DNA of 64,000 nucleotides from Myxococcota bacterium (GCA_965228475.1 OZ245817.1:4224001-4288000); one strand, 5' to 3'; shown: positions 11,511 to 22,795, counted from the first letter of the stretch. Made by a program: numbers and translations. The notes: a model not told the origin generated them from the letters alone.

Positions 11511-12950
11511 CTAGGGAATCGACGGGAAATGCGCGGGATTCCGACGATCGCCGCGGCGTTCGGGAACGCTCCTTTCGAACGCCGGTTTGGGCGGATGGAG
11601 GCGCGCCTCGAGGCGCGGGCCATAGAAGGCGCGCGCGTTGCGCGAGAGCAACCGCTCCTTGAAATTTTCCGAGAACGCGGCGTTTTCGGCGATCGCAGCG
11701 ACGCAGCCGCCGAGTTCCGCATCCCAGTGGCCGTAGTCGACGGCCAGCCCGCAAAGCGTTTCACCGACGGGGCCGAGGCCCTCCCGCAGGAGTGTCGGGG
11801 ACGGATCCCCGGGCTCGCACGAGAAGAACGTCCGCCCTTCGGCGAGATAGGAGAGCGGGTCGCTCTGGATCGCCGGATGCTCATGGCGGAAACGCTCGAG
11901 CTCTTCGGGCGAGACCTCCTTCTCGCTCTCGCTGAAGAGCATGCGCATGAAGCCGCGCGCCTGTCCGAGCATGCGGCGCGAACCGACCCGCTGTTCTCGG
12001 GCCAGCTCGAGCAGGAAGTCGCGCGGCCGGACCTCGACGCTCGGGTCGAAGTGCGCGATGCGCTTCTCCCAATGTTCGTGCAGGCTCCACATGAAATCGG
12101 GCAGCCAGCCGCAACCGGCCTCGAGGAAGCCGAAGCGCAGGCGCGGAAACGCGTCGAAGGTGCCGTCGAACAGGAGCCGTGCGAGCGCCATCTGCTGGAG
12201 GCTGCGGTTCGCGAACACGTGGACGAGGGTGAAGCTGTCGAGCTGGTCGGAGGCTCCGCCGGCAAGACCGACCCCCGGTGCCCCGTGGAGGCCGATCGCC
12301 ACGTCGAGCTGCTCCGCCCGCTCGAGCAGCGGCTCGAAGTCCGGGTGAGAAAGGTGCTTCGGGACGCGGACCTCCGGGAAGGCCTCCGGCGCCGCCGGGT
12401 GCGGCATGGGCACGTGCGGCGCGGCCGTCACCGCGACCATCCCGAGCGATTCGACGCAGCGCTCGAGCTCGAGGACCGCCTCGGCCGGGTCCTGGATCGG
12501 CAGCACGCCGACCGGGTGGAGGCGATGGCGATGCGGCGCGCAGTCGTCGCGGATGTAGTCGTTGTAGGCGCGGCACAGGGCGACGCCGAGCTCGCGATCG
12601 ATCAGGGAGCTGAATGCCAGGGTGATCGAGCCGTAGACCACCTGGTGGTCGATGCCCTCGCGGTCCATGTGCTCGATGCGCACGCGGTTGAAGATCCCGC
12701 CGAGGGAGGACTCGCGGTGGTAGGGACGGTAGGTCCCCTTGCCGTAGCCCTCGGGCTGGAGGAAGACGCGCGCGAGCTCGTTGCGTCCCGTGCGGGGATC
12801 GCGGTCGAGGATGCGGAAACGCTGCTCGCCGTACCGATCGCGGATGAAGTCGATGCGATCCCGGAAGGGCCGCTCGATGTAGTCGAGCAGGACGATCGGG
12901 TTCTCGCACTTGTGGCTGTCGGCATCGACGACGGGCTGCCCATGGATCAT
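11511..12950 (-). CDS. Amidohydrolase_2 family protein (metal-dependent hydrolase/decarboxylase)
   Basis: VVDADSH, MDREGID, RAYNDY, LHG, FLEAGCGW, DYGHWD, NARAFY. Confidence 0.85.
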   Translation of the reverse strand: MIHGQPVVDADSHKCENPIVLLDYIERPFRDRIDFIRDRYGEQRFRILDRDPRTGRNELARVFLQPEGYGKGTYRPYHRESSLGGIFNRVRIEHMDREGIDHQVVYGSITLAFSSLIDRELGVALCRAYNDYIRDDCAPHRHRLHPVGVLPIQDPAEAVLELERCVESLGMVAVTAAPHVPMPHPAAPEAFPEVRVPKHLSHPDFEPLLERAEQLDVAIGLHGAPGVGLAGGASDQLDSFTLVHVFANRSLQQMALARLLFDGTFDAFPRLRFGFLEAGCGWLPDFMWSLHEHWEKRIAHFDPSVEVRPRDFLLELAREQRVGSRRMLGQARGFMRMLFSESEKEVSPEELERFRHEHPAIQSDPLSYLAEGRTFFSCEPGDPSPTLLREGLGPVGETLCGLAVDYGHWDAELGGCVAAIAENAAFSENFKERLLSRNARAFYGPRLEARLHPPKPAFERSVPERRGDRRNPAHFPSIP

Positions 12951-12995
12951 GTCGGCCCCTTCGGCTGCGGTCGGGTTGCGTCCCCGTTTCCTCCT

Positions 12996-13055
12996 GGTTC
13001 GGCCATCGCGAGCGCGCACTTGAGGGCTCAACCCGGGCGTCGAATCAGCCGATTC
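12996..13055. promoter_or_regulatory. Back-to-back sigma28(FliA)-like promoters
   Basis: - strand TCAA(13023-13020)-N16-GCCGAACC(13003-12996); + strand TCAA(13028-13031)-N16-GCCGATTC(13048-13055); same architecture as upstream of the flagellin. Confidence 0.6.
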
Positions 13056-13074
13056 CGGGGGTCGGAGGAAAACC

Positions 13075-14046
13075 GTGCCCGATCCCGAATTCCCGGAAGC
13101 CGCCGCGCTCCGGCTCGACCCGTTCCAACCGCTCTCCGAGGGCGATCGGCGCCGGCTGCGCGCCGCCCTGGCGCGGAACTTCCGCCTCCGCGACGGCGAG
13201 GCCGACCGCGAGCGGGGCCGGCTCCCCCTGCGCGAGACCTTCTTCGCACGGCTGCTTCCCGCAACGCCCTGCCCCGCCGTCGAGCCGGAGGCGCAGCGGC
13301 GTTACGCCCACCGCGCGGCGCCGGCGGACCTCGATCCGAGGGCGCTGTTCGCCATCGCCGTCGGCAAGGCCAACCGCGGCGAGGCCTACGGTGTCGAGTA
13401 CGAGCTGGCGCGGCTCTCCCGGCACGGCTTCGCCGGCGTGGACCGGCAGTTCCTCCACGTCGCCCTCGAAGAGCGCTACCACACGCGCCTGCTCGCCGAA
13501 GCGTGCAAGGCCTGCGGCGCACCGTTCGAGCTGGCGCCGCCGCCGTTTCTCCTGCGCGGTGTGATCCGGGCGATGTCCTGGCTCCCGGAGCGGGTCCGCT
13601 TCGTGCTCATCCTCTGCAGCGAGAGCGTCGGCGCCGTGCTCTTCCAGATCCTGCGCGAACGTTCGGCGGCCTATGCATCCCGGCCCGAGGTGGCCGAACG
13701 GCTCGCACTCCTGCTCGGCGAAGTCTGGCGCGACGAGCTGACCCACGTGGCCTACTGCCGGGCGCGCCTCCACCCGGCCCTGCTGCCGGTCGCGCGCTGG
13801 CTCCAGCCGATCGTGGCGCGTGCGCTGCTCGGTCAGGTTCCGGAGTTCGCCGCGCTCGGAGGGGGTCGGCCCGCGACGCTCGAACGCATCGCCCGCCCGC
13901 TCGAGCTGCCGGAAGATCTCGCCTGGGCGGCTACGAGCGGCACCGCACGTCCCGCCCGGACGACCCGGGAGGAGCGGCCGCCGACGGCACCGGCTCGCGG
14001 CCCGCGACCGCGGCCGAGCGCGCCGCCGGCCCCGCCGGCCGCCTGA
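13075..14046 (+). CDS. Ferritin-like diiron protein of unknown function
   Basis: GGAGG SD; E (GEAYG), EERYH, SESVG, DELTH form a complete four-helix-bundle E/ExxH/E/ExxH set. Confidence 0.65.
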   Translation: MPDPEFPEAAALRLDPFQPLSEGDRRRLRAALARNFRLRDGEADRERGRLPLRETFFARLLPATPCPAVEPEAQRRYAHRAAPADLDPRALFAIAVGKANRGEAYGVEYELARLSRHGFAGVDRQFLHVALEERYHTRLLAEACKACGAPFELAPPPFLLRGVIRAMSWLPERVRFVLILCSESVGAVLFQILRERSAAYASRPEVAERLALLLGEVWRDELTHVAYCRARLHPALLPVARWLQPIVARALLGQVPEFAALGGGRPATLERIARPLELPEDLAWAATSGTARPARTTREERPPTAPARGPRPRPSAPPAPPAA

Positions 14047-14067
14047 GCCCGTTCGCAGGGGAAGGCA

Positions 14068-14592
14068 CTAGCGCCGGAGCGGAACGACCTTCTGGAGATC
14101 TCCGGCCGGGAACGCCTCGCCCCGAACGAAGGCGCCGATCCCGGCGTCCATCACGCCGAAGAAGTTCGCGAGCGCTGCGAGCCGGCGTTCGAGTTCCTGG
14201 GCCCGGGCCTTGGCCTCCTGGCCCCGGCCGGGCGAAGGCGCGGCCGCGCGCGTCTCCTCGACGGTCGTGAGCACCTGACGGACCGTCCAGCGGAAGCGAC
14301 GCTCGAGGATCTCCTGCATGGCGCGGAAGAAATCGCTCGCCGCCTCGTAGTGATCCTTGCGAGAACCGGTCACGGTGCGGCGCCGGACGAGATGCCACTC
14401 GGCCAGCACCCGGACGTTGATCGAGACGTTGCTCTTGCTCTGCTGCAGCTCGGAGGCGATCTCGTCCAGGGAGAGCGCGCGCCCCTCCATGTAGAGCAGG
14501 GCGAAGATCTGGGCCTGGGCGGAGGTCAGGATGCCCGAGCTCGCGGCGGCGGCGCCGAGGCCATCGACGAAGGTGGCGGTCGTTCGTTCCAT
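14068..14592 (-). CDS. GbsR/MarR family transcriptional regulator
   Basis: AQIFALLY...LSLDEIASELQQSKSNVSINVRVL..WHLVRR..GSRKDHYEA. Confidence 0.8.
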   Translation of the reverse strand: MERTTATFVDGLGAAAASSGILTSAQAQIFALLYMEGRALSLDEIASELQQSKSNVSINVRVLAEWHLVRRRTVTGSRKDHYEAASDFFRAMQEILERRFRWTVRQVLTTVEETRAAAPSPGRGQEAKARAQELERRLAALANFFGVMDAGIGAFVRGEAFPAGDLQKVVPLRR

Positions 14593-14596
14593 CCGC

Positions 14597-15400
14597 TCAG
14601 GATGCCACGGATTCGCGCGCCCGCAGGGCACGCCGCCGCTCGCGCAGGGCATCCACGATGGCGAAGTTGATCGCACCTCCGACGACCACCAGGATCGCCC
14701 AGAGCCCTCCGTCGGCGAAGAGGTTCGCGTGGGATCCGCGCAGCCAGAACGCCGCGGCCACGCCGGCCGCGAGCCCCAGGTAGGGCAGCTCGCGCGCGCG
14801 CAGCGGCGTCCGGCCCGAGAGCACCGCGGCGAAGGGAAACATCGAGGTCGCCGCCAGATAGGCCCGATACGGCTCGCCCCGCTCGCGCAGGAGCTTTCGG
14901 TCCTGGTGCGCCGCCCCGACGAGCACGAAGACGGCCATCGAGCCCATGAACACGGCGCCGACGAGACGCGGGGCCAGGAGAACGTGGCTCGCACCGAGCA
15001 GGGCGAGACCGACGAAGAAGCCGTGCCGCGTCACGGTCTCGATGCCGCGCGGCCGGCTCGCCCCGACGTTGTCGAAGGCGTATGCGGAGCGCGGGTAGTC
15101 GAGCAGCGCGGCGAAGACCAGGGCGAGGCCGAAGGCGTTCACCCCGCCGAGGAAGGCTCCGAGCGGACCGGCCCCGAGGCCCGGGCCCGCGGCGCCCTCG
15201 AGCCGATGGCTCGCGAAGTCGTGCACCAGCAGGCTGAAGGTCAGCGAGGCGACGGCGTAGAACAGCAGCAGGAAGCCGTTGCGCCCGAGGCGCGCGACCA
15301 GACGAGACCGCAGGGGGTGGCTCGCGAGGAGCACGTGGCTCCCCCCGAAGAGAAGCCAGAAGGCGGCCGTACGAAAGGCCGGAACGAAGGCGGAGTCCAT
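14597..15400 (-). CDS. NnrU family membrane protein
   Basis: FGGSHVLL..LRSRLV, GIETVTRH, GAAHQDRK, TSMFPFAAVLSGR. Confidence 0.7.
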   Translation of the reverse strand: MDSAFVPAFRTAAFWLLFGGSHVLLASHPLRSRLVARLGRNGFLLLFYAVASLTFSLLVHDFASHRLEGAAGPGLGAGPLGAFLGGVNAFGLALVFAALLDYPRSAYAFDNVGASRPRGIETVTRHGFFVGLALLGASHVLLAPRLVGAVFMGSMAVFVLVGAAHQDRKLLRERGEPYRAYLAATSMFPFAAVLSGRTPLRARELPYLGLAAGVAAAFWLRGSHANLFADGGLWAILVVVGGAINFAIVDALRERRRALRARESVAS

Positions 15401-15428
15401 GGTCCACTCCTCGGCGCGTCAGTTTCGT

Positions 15429-15450
15429 ACGTTTAGAATATTTTGAACGT
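15429..15450. promoter_or_regulatory. AT-rich palindromic operator upstream of nnrU-gbsR
   Basis: ACGTTTAGAATATTTTGAACGT matches its reverse complement at 18/22 positions. Confidence 0.6.
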
Positions 15451-15466
15451 TCTGTCCAGACCTCGG

Positions 15467-16270
15467 TCAGTTGCCGCCGGTCATGGGAACGAAGCGGACC
15501 GGAAAGATCCGCTCGACCTCGATCCCCGCCGCCGTCCGGGTGTGGACCTCGAGCATCTGGTGGTCCGTGCCGACGGGCACCACGAGGCGACCGCCCACGG
15601 CGAGCTGCTCGAGGAGGGGCTCGGGCACCTTCGCGGGCGCCGCGGTCACCACGATGGCATCGAACGGGGCGTACTCGGGCCAGCCGGCGTGCCCGTCCCC
15701 CTGTCGGACGCGCACGTTCTCGTACTCGAGCGCCCGGAGGACGTCGCCCGCGCGCGAGGCCAGGGGCCCGACGATCTCGATCGTGAAGACTTCCGCGCCG
15801 AGCTCGGCGAGGATGGCGGCCTGGTAGCCCGAGCCCGTGCCGATCTCGAGCACCCGCGCGCCCGGGCCGACGCGGGCGAGTTCCGTCATGCGCGCGACCA
15901 CGTAGGGTTGGCTGATGGTCTGGCCGTAGCCGATCGGCAGCGGACGGTCTTCATGCGCGAAGGGACGCTCGGCCTCGCCGACGAAACGGTGGCGCGGCAC
16001 CTTGCGCAGGGCCGCGAGGACCCGGAGATCCTTGACGTCGCGCGCGACGATCTGGGATGCGACCATGCGCTCCCGGTCGGCCGCGTAGGCGGAGATCTCC
16101 TCGGTCACCGCTTCGGTGCCTCCCTGCTCGACGCTCCCGGCCGGTCCGGCGCAACCGGCGCCCGCGGCAACCAGCGCCGCGAGCCCGAGGCCTCGCAGGA
16201 CGCCGTGAAAGCGCCGGGGACGCGGCGCGCTGGAACACCGCTGCGGCTGGCCGTCGGGTCGATGGGTCAT
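15467..16270 (-). CDS. pcm: Protein-L-isoaspartate O-methyltransferase with N-terminal signal/lipobox-like extension
   Basis: [58 protein letters not shown] before ATG 16270. Confidence 0.9.
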   Translation of the reverse strand: MTHRPDGQPQRCSSAPRPRRFHGVLRGLGLAALVAAGAGCAGPAGSVEQGGTEAVTEEISAYAADRERMVASQIVARDVKDLRVLAALRKVPRHRFVGEAERPFAHEDRPLPIGYGQTISQPYVVARMTELARVGPGARVLEIGTGSGYQAAILAELGAEVFTIEIVGPLASRAGDVLRALEYENVRVRQGDGHAGWPEYAPFDAIVVTAAPAKVPEPLLEQLAVGGRLVVPVGTDHQMLEVHTRTAAGIEVERIFPVRFVPMTGGN

Positions 16271-16345
16271 GCGCCTCCTGACCGCCAGCATGCCACACAC
16301 GGGCCCCGGCTTGGCAGGGCGCGGGGCGCGGGCGACACTCGGGCC

Positions 16346-17989
16346 ATGCCCGACCGGCCCGGCACAGGGGAAACCCACGCGGTGACCAACCAGCCCTCCC
16401 CGCTCGAGGACGTCGACCTGTTCTCGTCGGACACGGCCCTGGCCGAGGGCACCGAGCGCGAAGGCGCGGCATGGGCGCGCGAGCGCCTCGAGGCCGCCGG
16501 GCGCGCGCTCGGCAGCGCCGAGACCCTCGAGCTCGGGCGCGACGCCAACCGCTACACGCCCGAGCTGCGGACCCACGACCGCTACGGCCACCGAATCGAC
16601 GAAGTCGCCTACCATCCGGCGTGGCACGACGTGATGCGGCTCGCCATGCACCACGAGATCCACGCCCTGCCCTGGCGGACGCCGCGCCCGGGCGCGCACG
16701 TCGCACGCAGCGCGCTCCATTCGATGCTCTCCCAGATCGAGGCCGGAAGCTGCTGCCCCCTCACCATGACCTTCGCCTGCGTCCCGGCCCTGCGAAACGA
16801 TGCGACGCTCGCCGCCGTATGGGAGCCGCGCGTCACCGCGACCGCATACGACCCGGTCTTGAAGCCCGCCGCGGAGAAGACCGCCTGCCTCGTCGGCATG
16901 GCCATGACCGAGAAGCAGGGCGGAAGCGACGTCCGCGCGAACACCACCGTCGCCCACGAAGCGGGCGGCGGGCACTACGAGCTCGTCGGCCACAAATGGT
17001 TCTGCTCGGCGCCGATGAGCGATGCCTTCCTCACCCTCGCCCAGACGCCCGAAGGCCTGACGTGCTTCCTGGTGCCGCGCTTCCGGCCCGACGGCACGCG
17101 CAACGCCTTCCACATCCAGCGCCTGAAGGACAAGCTCGGCAACCGCTCGAACGCGTCGAGCGAGATCGAGTACCGCGGCACCCACGCCGAGCGCCTGGGC
17201 GAGCCGGGGCGCGGCATCCGCACCATCCTCGAGATGGTCCACCACACGCGGCTCGACTGCGTCTCTGGCAGCACCGGCCTGATCCGCCACGCCGTCGCCC
17301 AGGCCGCGCACCATGCGTCCCAGCGCGAGGCCTTCGGCCGCCGGCTCGCGGAGCAGCCGCTGATGCAGAACGTGCTCGCGGACCTCGCCGTCGAGAGCGA
17401 GGCCCACACCGCGCTCATGCTGCGGCTCGCGCGCGCCTACGACGAAGGCCCCGAGGACGCCGGCGCGCGGGCCTTCGCGCGCATCGCCACCGCCGTCGGG
17501 AAGTACTGGGTCTGCAAGCGGGCGCCCGCGGCCATCGCCGAGGCGATGGAGTGCCTCGGGGGCGCGGGCTACGTGGAGGAATCGATCCTGCCCCGCCTCT
17601 ACCGGGAAGCGCCGGTGAACGCCATCTGGGAGGGCTCGGGCAACGTGATCTGCCTCGACGTCCTGCGCGCCATGGTGCGCGAACCCGACGCTCTGCCGGC
17701 CCTGCTGGCGGAGCTGCACGCGGCAAAGGGGGGCGACCGGCGGCTCGACGCCCACGTCGGCGCGCTCGAAGACGCCCTCGCGAAGCCCGAGGATGCGGAG
17801 CTGCGCGCGCGCCGGATCGTCGAGGACATGGCCACGGCGCTCGAAGCCAGCCTGCTCGTGCGGAACGCACCGCCGGCGGTCGCCGACGCCTTCTGCGCGA
17901 GCCGCCTCGGCGAGGGCTACGGCGGCTTCGGCACGCTGCCGCCCGGCGTCGACGTCGAGGCCCTCGTCGCACGAACGACCCCGGCCTAG
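16346..17989 (+). CDS. aidB: AidB-like acyl-CoA dehydrogenase
   Basis: [69 protein letters not shown]. Confidence 0.85.
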   Translation: MPDRPGTGETHAVTNQPSPLEDVDLFSSDTALAEGTEREGAAWARERLEAAGRALGSAETLELGRDANRYTPELRTHDRYGHRIDEVAYHPAWHDVMRLAMHHEIHALPWRTPRPGAHVARSALHSMLSQIEAGSCCPLTMTFACVPALRNDATLAAVWEPRVTATAYDPVLKPAAEKTACLVGMAMTEKQGGSDVRANTTVAHEAGGGHYELVGHKWFCSAPMSDAFLTLAQTPEGLTCFLVPRFRPDGTRNAFHIQRLKDKLGNRSNASSEIEYRGTHAERLGEPGRGIRTILEMVHHTRLDCVSGSTGLIRHAVAQAAHHASQREAFGRRLAEQPLMQNVLADLAVESEAHTALMLRLARAYDEGPEDAGARAFARIATAVGKYWVCKRAPAAIAEAMECLGGAGYVEESILPRLYREAPVNAIWEGSGNVICLDVLRAMVREPDALPALLAELHAAKGGDRRLDAHVGALEDALAKPEDAELRARRIVEDMATALEASLLVRNAPPAVADAFCASRLGEGYGGFGTLPPGVDVEALVARTTPA

Positions 17990-18714
17990 TTCGAGGCTTC
18001 CGCGGCCTCCCAGTCTGCCAGCAGGCGCGAGCGGACGACCTCGGTCCACAGCGCGTAGCCCTCGTCGCTCAGGTGCAGACCGTCGAAGACGAACAGCTCG
18101 CGCCGCGGCTGCCCGTCGGGCCCGAGCATCGGGGTGGCCACGTCGAGGTAGGTCCGGCGCGGCGTCGCGTTGCAGCGCTTCTCGATGGCGGCGTTCGCGC
18201 GCTCCATCTCGGGCCAGCGATCGATGCGCAGCTTCGAGGGCTTGATCGCGATGAAGTAGAGGTGGGCCTCGGGAAGCGTCCGGCGCACGAGGCGGTCGAG
18301 CGCATCGTAGGCCGCGACCACGTCTTCGACGGTCTTTCCACCCCCGGAGGAGAGGTCGTTGTCCCCGGCGTAGACGACGACGGCGCGCGGCTCGTGCACG
18401 TAGATCAGGCGCTCGTAGTAGTGCACCACGTGGGCGAGGTGCGACCCCCCGAAGCCGCGGTTCAAGACGGGCAGCGGCGCCATGTCCTCCGCGAGACCGT
18501 CCCAGAGGCGGATGCTCGAACTCCCGGTGAACACGATGCCGCCCGGAACGGGCGGGGTCTCGGCATCCGCTTCGGCGAAGGCGGCGATGTCGTCCACCCA
18601 GAAGTCCGGGTCGACGGAGCGCGCCTGGTAGCGCTTGAGCGCGAAGACCGAGCCGAAGCCGGCCACCAGCAGGGCCAGGGCCACGGCCCACGCGATGCGA
18701 ACCCCTCGGGACAT
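17986..18714 (-). CDS. GDSL/SGNH lipase-like protein
   Basis: [29 protein letters not shown]-terminal TM/signal. Confidence 0.85.
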   Translation of the reverse strand: MSRGVRIAWAVALALLVAGFGSVFALKRYQARSVDPDFWVDDIAAFAEADAETPPVPGGIVFTGSSSIRLWDGLAEDMAPLPVLNRGFGGSHLAHVVHYYERLIYVHEPRAVVVYAGDNDLSSGGGKTVEDVVAAYDALDRLVRRTLPEAHLYFIAIKPSKLRIDRWPEMERANAAIEKRCNATPRRTYLDVATPMLGPDGQPRRELFVFDGLHLSDEGYALWTEVVRSRLLADWEAAEASN

Positions 18715-18741
18715 GCCCCGAGAATACTCGAAGGCGCGGCC

Positions 18742-19554
18742 CTAGAGCGCGCTCGAAACGAGGCTTTCGTCCTCGGAAGCCTCGAGGTGGAGCCCGCACT
18801 CGGCGGCGACCCCGCCGAACCGGGTGTCCCGCTCGTCGGCATCGTCCGCCGTCACCGGGCGGCTCGAGTGCCAATCCCCGACCGTCGCGTAGCCTTCGTC
18901 GAAGAGCGGGTGGTACGGCAGGTCGTGACGCTTCAGATAGGCGTGGACGTCGCGCGTGCTCCAGCGCAGGAGCGGCGAGACCTTGTAGCGCCCTCCCTGG
19001 CGGCCGAGGAGCGGAAGCTCGGCCCGGTGCTCCGTCTGCTGGCCGCGGATGCCGCTCATCCAGGCCGTCGCGCCGAGCTCGGCCAGCGCCCGCTGCATCG
19101 GCTCGACCTTGCGGATGCGGTGGTACTCGGCGAGGGCCTCCGGGGTGCCCTCCTCCCACAGCCGGCCGTGGAGGGCCTCCATGCGAGCCGGGCTCACCTC
19201 GGCCTGGGCCACGTGGAGGTTCAGGTCGAGGCGCTTCGCGAGGCTCTCGGCGAAGCGATAGGTCTCGGCCGGCAGGTAGCCCGTGTCGACCCAGACCACG
19301 GGGATCTTCGGCGCCTGCTCGGTCGCCAGGTGCAGGAGCGCGGCGGACTGGATGCCGAAGCTCGTGCTCAGCACGAGCCCCTCGCCGAACGTCTCCGCCG
19401 ACCAGGCCACGAAGCGCTCCGCGGAGAGGGTCTCCAGGCACTCGTTCAGGGCGAGCAGGTCCGTCGGCGGCCCGGCCGCCTCGGGGCGAAGCCCCGGGCA
19501 GGGCTCCGCGGGCGAGGAGGCGCTCTCGAGGGTTTCTTGGATCTCGGCGGTCAT
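18742..19554 (-). CDS. cysH: Phosphoadenosine phosphosulfate reductase
   Basis: [34 protein letters not shown]-terminal ECGLH; lacks the Fe-S CC/CxxC motifs, so PAPS-type. Confidence 0.92.
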   Translation of the reverse strand: MTAEIQETLESASSPAEPCPGLRPEAAGPPTDLLALNECLETLSAERFVAWSAETFGEGLVLSTSFGIQSAALLHLATEQAPKIPVVWVDTGYLPAETYRFAESLAKRLDLNLHVAQAEVSPARMEALHGRLWEEGTPEALAEYHRIRKVEPMQRALAELGATAWMSGIRGQQTEHRAELPLLGRQGGRYKVSPLLRWSTRDVHAYLKRHDLPYHPLFDEGYATVGDWHSSRPVTADDADERDTRFGGVAAECGLHLEASEDESLVSSAL

Positions 19555-19634
19555 GGGGCTCTCCCGGCGCGCCCCGTTCCGATGCCGGTCCCCCGGGAAG
19601 GTTTCGCTCCGTCCCTCCGGGTGCCTGGGCGGCC

Positions 19635-21611
19635 CTAGGGCAGCCCCGCGGCCGGTCCCGGGCGCCCGTCCATGAAACCCATGACGAACCACAGGAAATC
19701 GTCGACGTTGACGAAGCCGTCCCCGGTCATGTCGGTGCCCGACCCGGGCGTGCCGGCCCGGAAATCCGGGAGGAACACCAGGAAATCGTCCACGTTGCAG
19801 AAGCCGTCGCCGGTGAAGTCGCAATCGCAGACGTCCCCGTAGCCGTCGCCATCGGAATCGACCTGATCGTTCGGCCCGGCGTCCGGCCCGTTCGGCTTCA
19901 GCGTGCAGTTGTCCTCGGCGTCCGGCGAGCCGTCCCCGTCCGTGTCTTCGAAGCAGCCGGGCAGAACGCACTCGCCCTCGTGGGCGACCGGAACCCCGGC
20001 GCAGCGGGCCTCGCAGGTGTTCCCGTAGGTCTGCCCGTCCTCCCCGCAGACCGGGTCGTAGACGTCGGGGCACACGCACGGCAGGCACTGCCCGCCCTCG
20101 CACACCGTGCCGCGCGGGCAGTCGCCGTCGTTGCGACAGCGATCGAGGCACTCGCCCTCGTAGCGGACGGGCACGTGTGCGCAGCGGGCGAAGCAGGCGT
20201 TGGCGTAGGTCGAGCCGTCGACGCCGCAGACCGGGTCGTAGATCTGGGGGCAGGCGCAGATCTCGCAGGAGCCCTCGTCGCAGACCCGACCGACGGCGCA
20301 GTCCGCGTCGTCGCGGCACTCGCTCCGGCACTCGCCCTCGAAGGCGATCTCCACCCGGGCGCAGCGGGCTTCGCAGGTATTCCCGTAGGTCGTGCCGTCG
20401 ACGCCGCAGACGGGGTCGTAGACGTCCGGGCAGACGCACGGCTGGCAGCCGCTCTCGCCGCAGATCTGACCGAGCGGGCAGTCCGCGTCGTCGCGGCAGT
20501 CCGATCCGCACTCGCCCTCGAAGGCGACTTCGACGTGCGCGCAGGAGGCGAAGCACGCGTTCGCATAGGTCTGCCCGTCGGCGCCACAGACCGGCGCGTA
20601 CACCTGGGGGCAGGCGCAGAGCACGCACTCGCCGTCATCGCAGACGTCGCCGCGGGCGCAGTCGGTGTCCTCCGTGCAGGTCTCGCAGGCGCCGTCGTAC
20701 TCGACGGTGGCGCCGTTGCAGTGGGCGTCGGGCTCGCCACAGAAGTAGGTCTCCCCGTCGCTCCCGCAGACCGGATCGGCCACGAAGCACGCGATCGAGC
20801 ACGGCGGCCGGCACTCGAGCGTCGGCGGGTAGCAGATCTCGCCGTCCGGGCAGTCCCCGTTGGCGCTGCACTCGGGCTCGGCTTCGCAGCCGCCCTCGCT
20901 CGCGACCTCGGTGCCCGCGCACTGGGCCTGGCAGGCGTTGGGATAGGTCTCGCCATCGGCACCGCACACCGGCGCGTAGACCTGCGGACAGACGCAGGGC
21001 GCTTCGCACGGCCCTTCGAAGGCGACCTCGGCGCCGTTGCAGTGGGCGTCGGGCTCACCGCAGAAGTACGTCACGCCATCGTCCCCGCAGACCGGGTCGG
21101 GCGCCACGCAGGCGATCTGGCAGGCGGACTGACACTGGTCCGTCGGCGGGTAGCAGATCTCGCCGCGGCCACAGTCTTCGTTGCCACGACAGGGCGGCTC
21201 GCGGCAGGTCCCCTCGTGCGCGACCTCGACCTCGGCGCAGCGGGCCTCGCAGGCGTTCGCGTAGGTCACGCCATCCTCGCCGCAGACCGGGGCGTAGATG
21301 CGCGGGCAGATGCAGTCGCGGTCGCAGGGGCCTTCGGAGACGACCTCGGCGCCGTTGCAGTTCGCGTCGGCCTCGCCGCAGAAGTAGGTGACGCCGTCGT
21401 CGCCGCAGACCGGATCCGGAACCAGGCAGGCGATCTGGCAGGGGGGCTGGCACTGGTCCGTCGGCGGGTAGCAGATCTCGCCCTCGGGGCAGTCGACTTC
21501 GTCGCGGCAGAGCTCCGGGCAGATCTCCCCGCTCTGCGCCGCGGCCGGCGCCGCAGCCCACAGGAGAGCGGCCGAAAGAACGAAGGCGAAGCGAACGAGG
21601 AGCGTTGCCAT
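19635..21611 (-). CDS. Secreted Cys-rich protein: 9 Kazal-like domains, 7 four-Cys spacer modules, TSP3 repeat and dockerin/EF-hand-like C-terminus
   Basis: Signal peptide; PVCGxDGxTY occurs 9 times; [14 protein letters not shown]...[12 protein letters not shown]; two DxTGDGFxNVDDFL repeats. Confidence 0.85.
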   Translation of the reverse strand: MATLLVRFAFVLSAALLWAAAPAAAQSGEICPELCRDEVDCPEGEICYPPTDQCQPPCQIACLVPDPVCGDDGVTYFCGEADANCNGAEVVSEGPCDRDCICPRIYAPVCGEDGVTYANACEARCAEVEVAHEGTCREPPCRGNEDCGRGEICYPPTDQCQSACQIACVAPDPVCGDDGVTYFCGEPDAHCNGAEVAFEGPCEAPCVCPQVYAPVCGADGETYPNACQAQCAGTEVASEGGCEAEPECSANGDCPDGEICYPPTLECRPPCSIACFVADPVCGSDGETYFCGEPDAHCNGATVEYDGACETCTEDTDCARGDVCDDGECVLCACPQVYAPVCGADGQTYANACFASCAHVEVAFEGECGSDCRDDADCPLGQICGESGCQPCVCPDVYDPVCGVDGTTYGNTCEARCARVEIAFEGECRSECRDDADCAVGRVCDEGSCEICACPQIYDPVCGVDGSTYANACFARCAHVPVRYEGECLDRCRNDGDCPRGTVCEGGQCLPCVCPDVYDPVCGEDGQTYGNTCEARCAGVPVAHEGECVLPGCFEDTDGDGSPDAEDNCTLKPNGPDAGPNDQVDSDGDGYGDVCDCDFTGDGFCNVDDFLVFLPDFRAGTPGSGTDMTGDGFVNVDDFLWFVMGFMDGRPGPAAGLP

Positions 21612-21760
21612 GGCGAGGACCTCCAGCCCGGGACCGGTCCGCCCCATCCTACAGAGGAACGGGGGCCCGCGTCGCAGCGAGGGTGGGCACGGCCCGGGCG
21701 GACGCGGACCCTGGCCCCGGGGGGTGCCGACCGGCGAGGCGAGGCTAGGCTCCGGTCGCC

Positions 21761-22795
21761 GTGAGCGACTCCCTCGACATCACCCGGCCCGACGACTGGC
21801 ACCTGCACCTGCGCGACGGGGCGCTGCTGGCGCGCGTGCTCCCGGCCACGGCGCGGCGCTTCGGCCGGGCCATCGTGATGCCGAACCTCGACCCGCCCGT
21901 CCGCACCGTCGAGGAGGCCGACTCCTACCGCGGCCGGATCCTCGCTGCGCTCCCGCCGGACGCGAGCTTCGAGCCGCTGATGACGCTCTACCTGACGCCG
22001 GAGACCTCCCCCGAGGAGATCCGCCAGGCCCGCGCCTCGGGCTTCGTCCACGGGGTGAAGCTCTACCCGAAGGGCGCGACCACCCACTCCGACGCCGGGG
22101 TGTCCGGCCTCGAGGACGTCTACCCGGTGCTCGAAGCGCTCGAGCGCGAGGGCCTGCCGCTCCTCGTCCACGGCGAGGTGACGGACCCCGAATGCGACGT
22201 CTTCGACCGCGAGCGCGTCTTCCTCGAACGGTCCCTCGTGCCGACCGTCGAGCGCTTCGGCGGGCTGCGGGTCGTGTTCGAGCACATCACGACGGCCGAG
22301 GCGGCGGCCTACGTCCGGGAGGCGCCGGAGCGCGTGGCGGCCACGATCACGCCGCAGCACCTGCTCGAGAATCGCAACGCGCTCTTCGAAGGAGGCCTGC
22401 GGCCGCACCACTACTGCCTTCCGGTCCTGAAGCGCGAACGCGACCGGCGGGCCCTCGTCGAAGCGGCGACCTCCGGCGATCCGCACTTCTTCCTCGGCAC
22501 GGACAGCGCGCCCCACGTCCGGGCCACGAAGGAGACCGCGTGCGGCTGCGCCGGCATCTACAGCGCGCCCGTCGCCCTCGAGCTCTACGCCGAAGCGTTC
22601 GACCGCGCGGGGCGAATCGAACGCCTCGAAGGTTTCGCGAGCCACTTCGGTGCCGACTTCTACGGGCTGCCTCGCAACCGGGAGCGGACCCGGCTCGTTC
22701 GCCGGACGATGCGCGTCCCGGAAGCGAAGCCCGACGCGGAGGCCCTCGAGGTCTTCTACGCCGGGCGAGACCTCCGCTGGCAGGTCGCCGGCTAG
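21761..22795 (+). CDS. pyrC: Dihydroorotase (homodimeric type)
   Basis: PDDWHLHLRDG, MPNL, KLYP.GATT.S, EHITT, FLGTDSAPH. Confidence 0.95.
   Translation: MSDSLDITRPDDWHLHLRDGALLARVLPATARRFGRAIVMPNLDPPVRTVEEADSYRGRILAALPPDASFEPLMTLYLTPETSPEEIRQARASGFVHGVKLYPKGATTHSDAGVSGLEDVYPVLEALEREGLPLLVHGEVTDPECDVFDRERVFLERSLVPTVERFGGLRVVFEHITTAEAAAYVREAPERVAATITPQHLLENRNALFEGGLRPHHYCLPVLKRERDRRALVEAATSGDPHFFLGTDSAPHVRATKETACGCAGIYSAPVALELYAEAFDRAGRIERLEGFASHFGADFYGLPRNRERTRLVRRTMRVPEAKPDAEALEVFYAGRDLRWQVAG

Noticed and set aside
15467..19441. 1324-aa ORF suggesting a giant Pcm fusion
   Set aside because: The upstream part is antisense to aidB and out of frame with real genes; pcm has its own SD and start at 16270.
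19900..21520. Regular DNA repeats that could mimic a CRISPR array or VNTR
   Set aside because: They are codon-level repeats of Kazal domains inside one ORF; there are no unique spacers and no cas genes.
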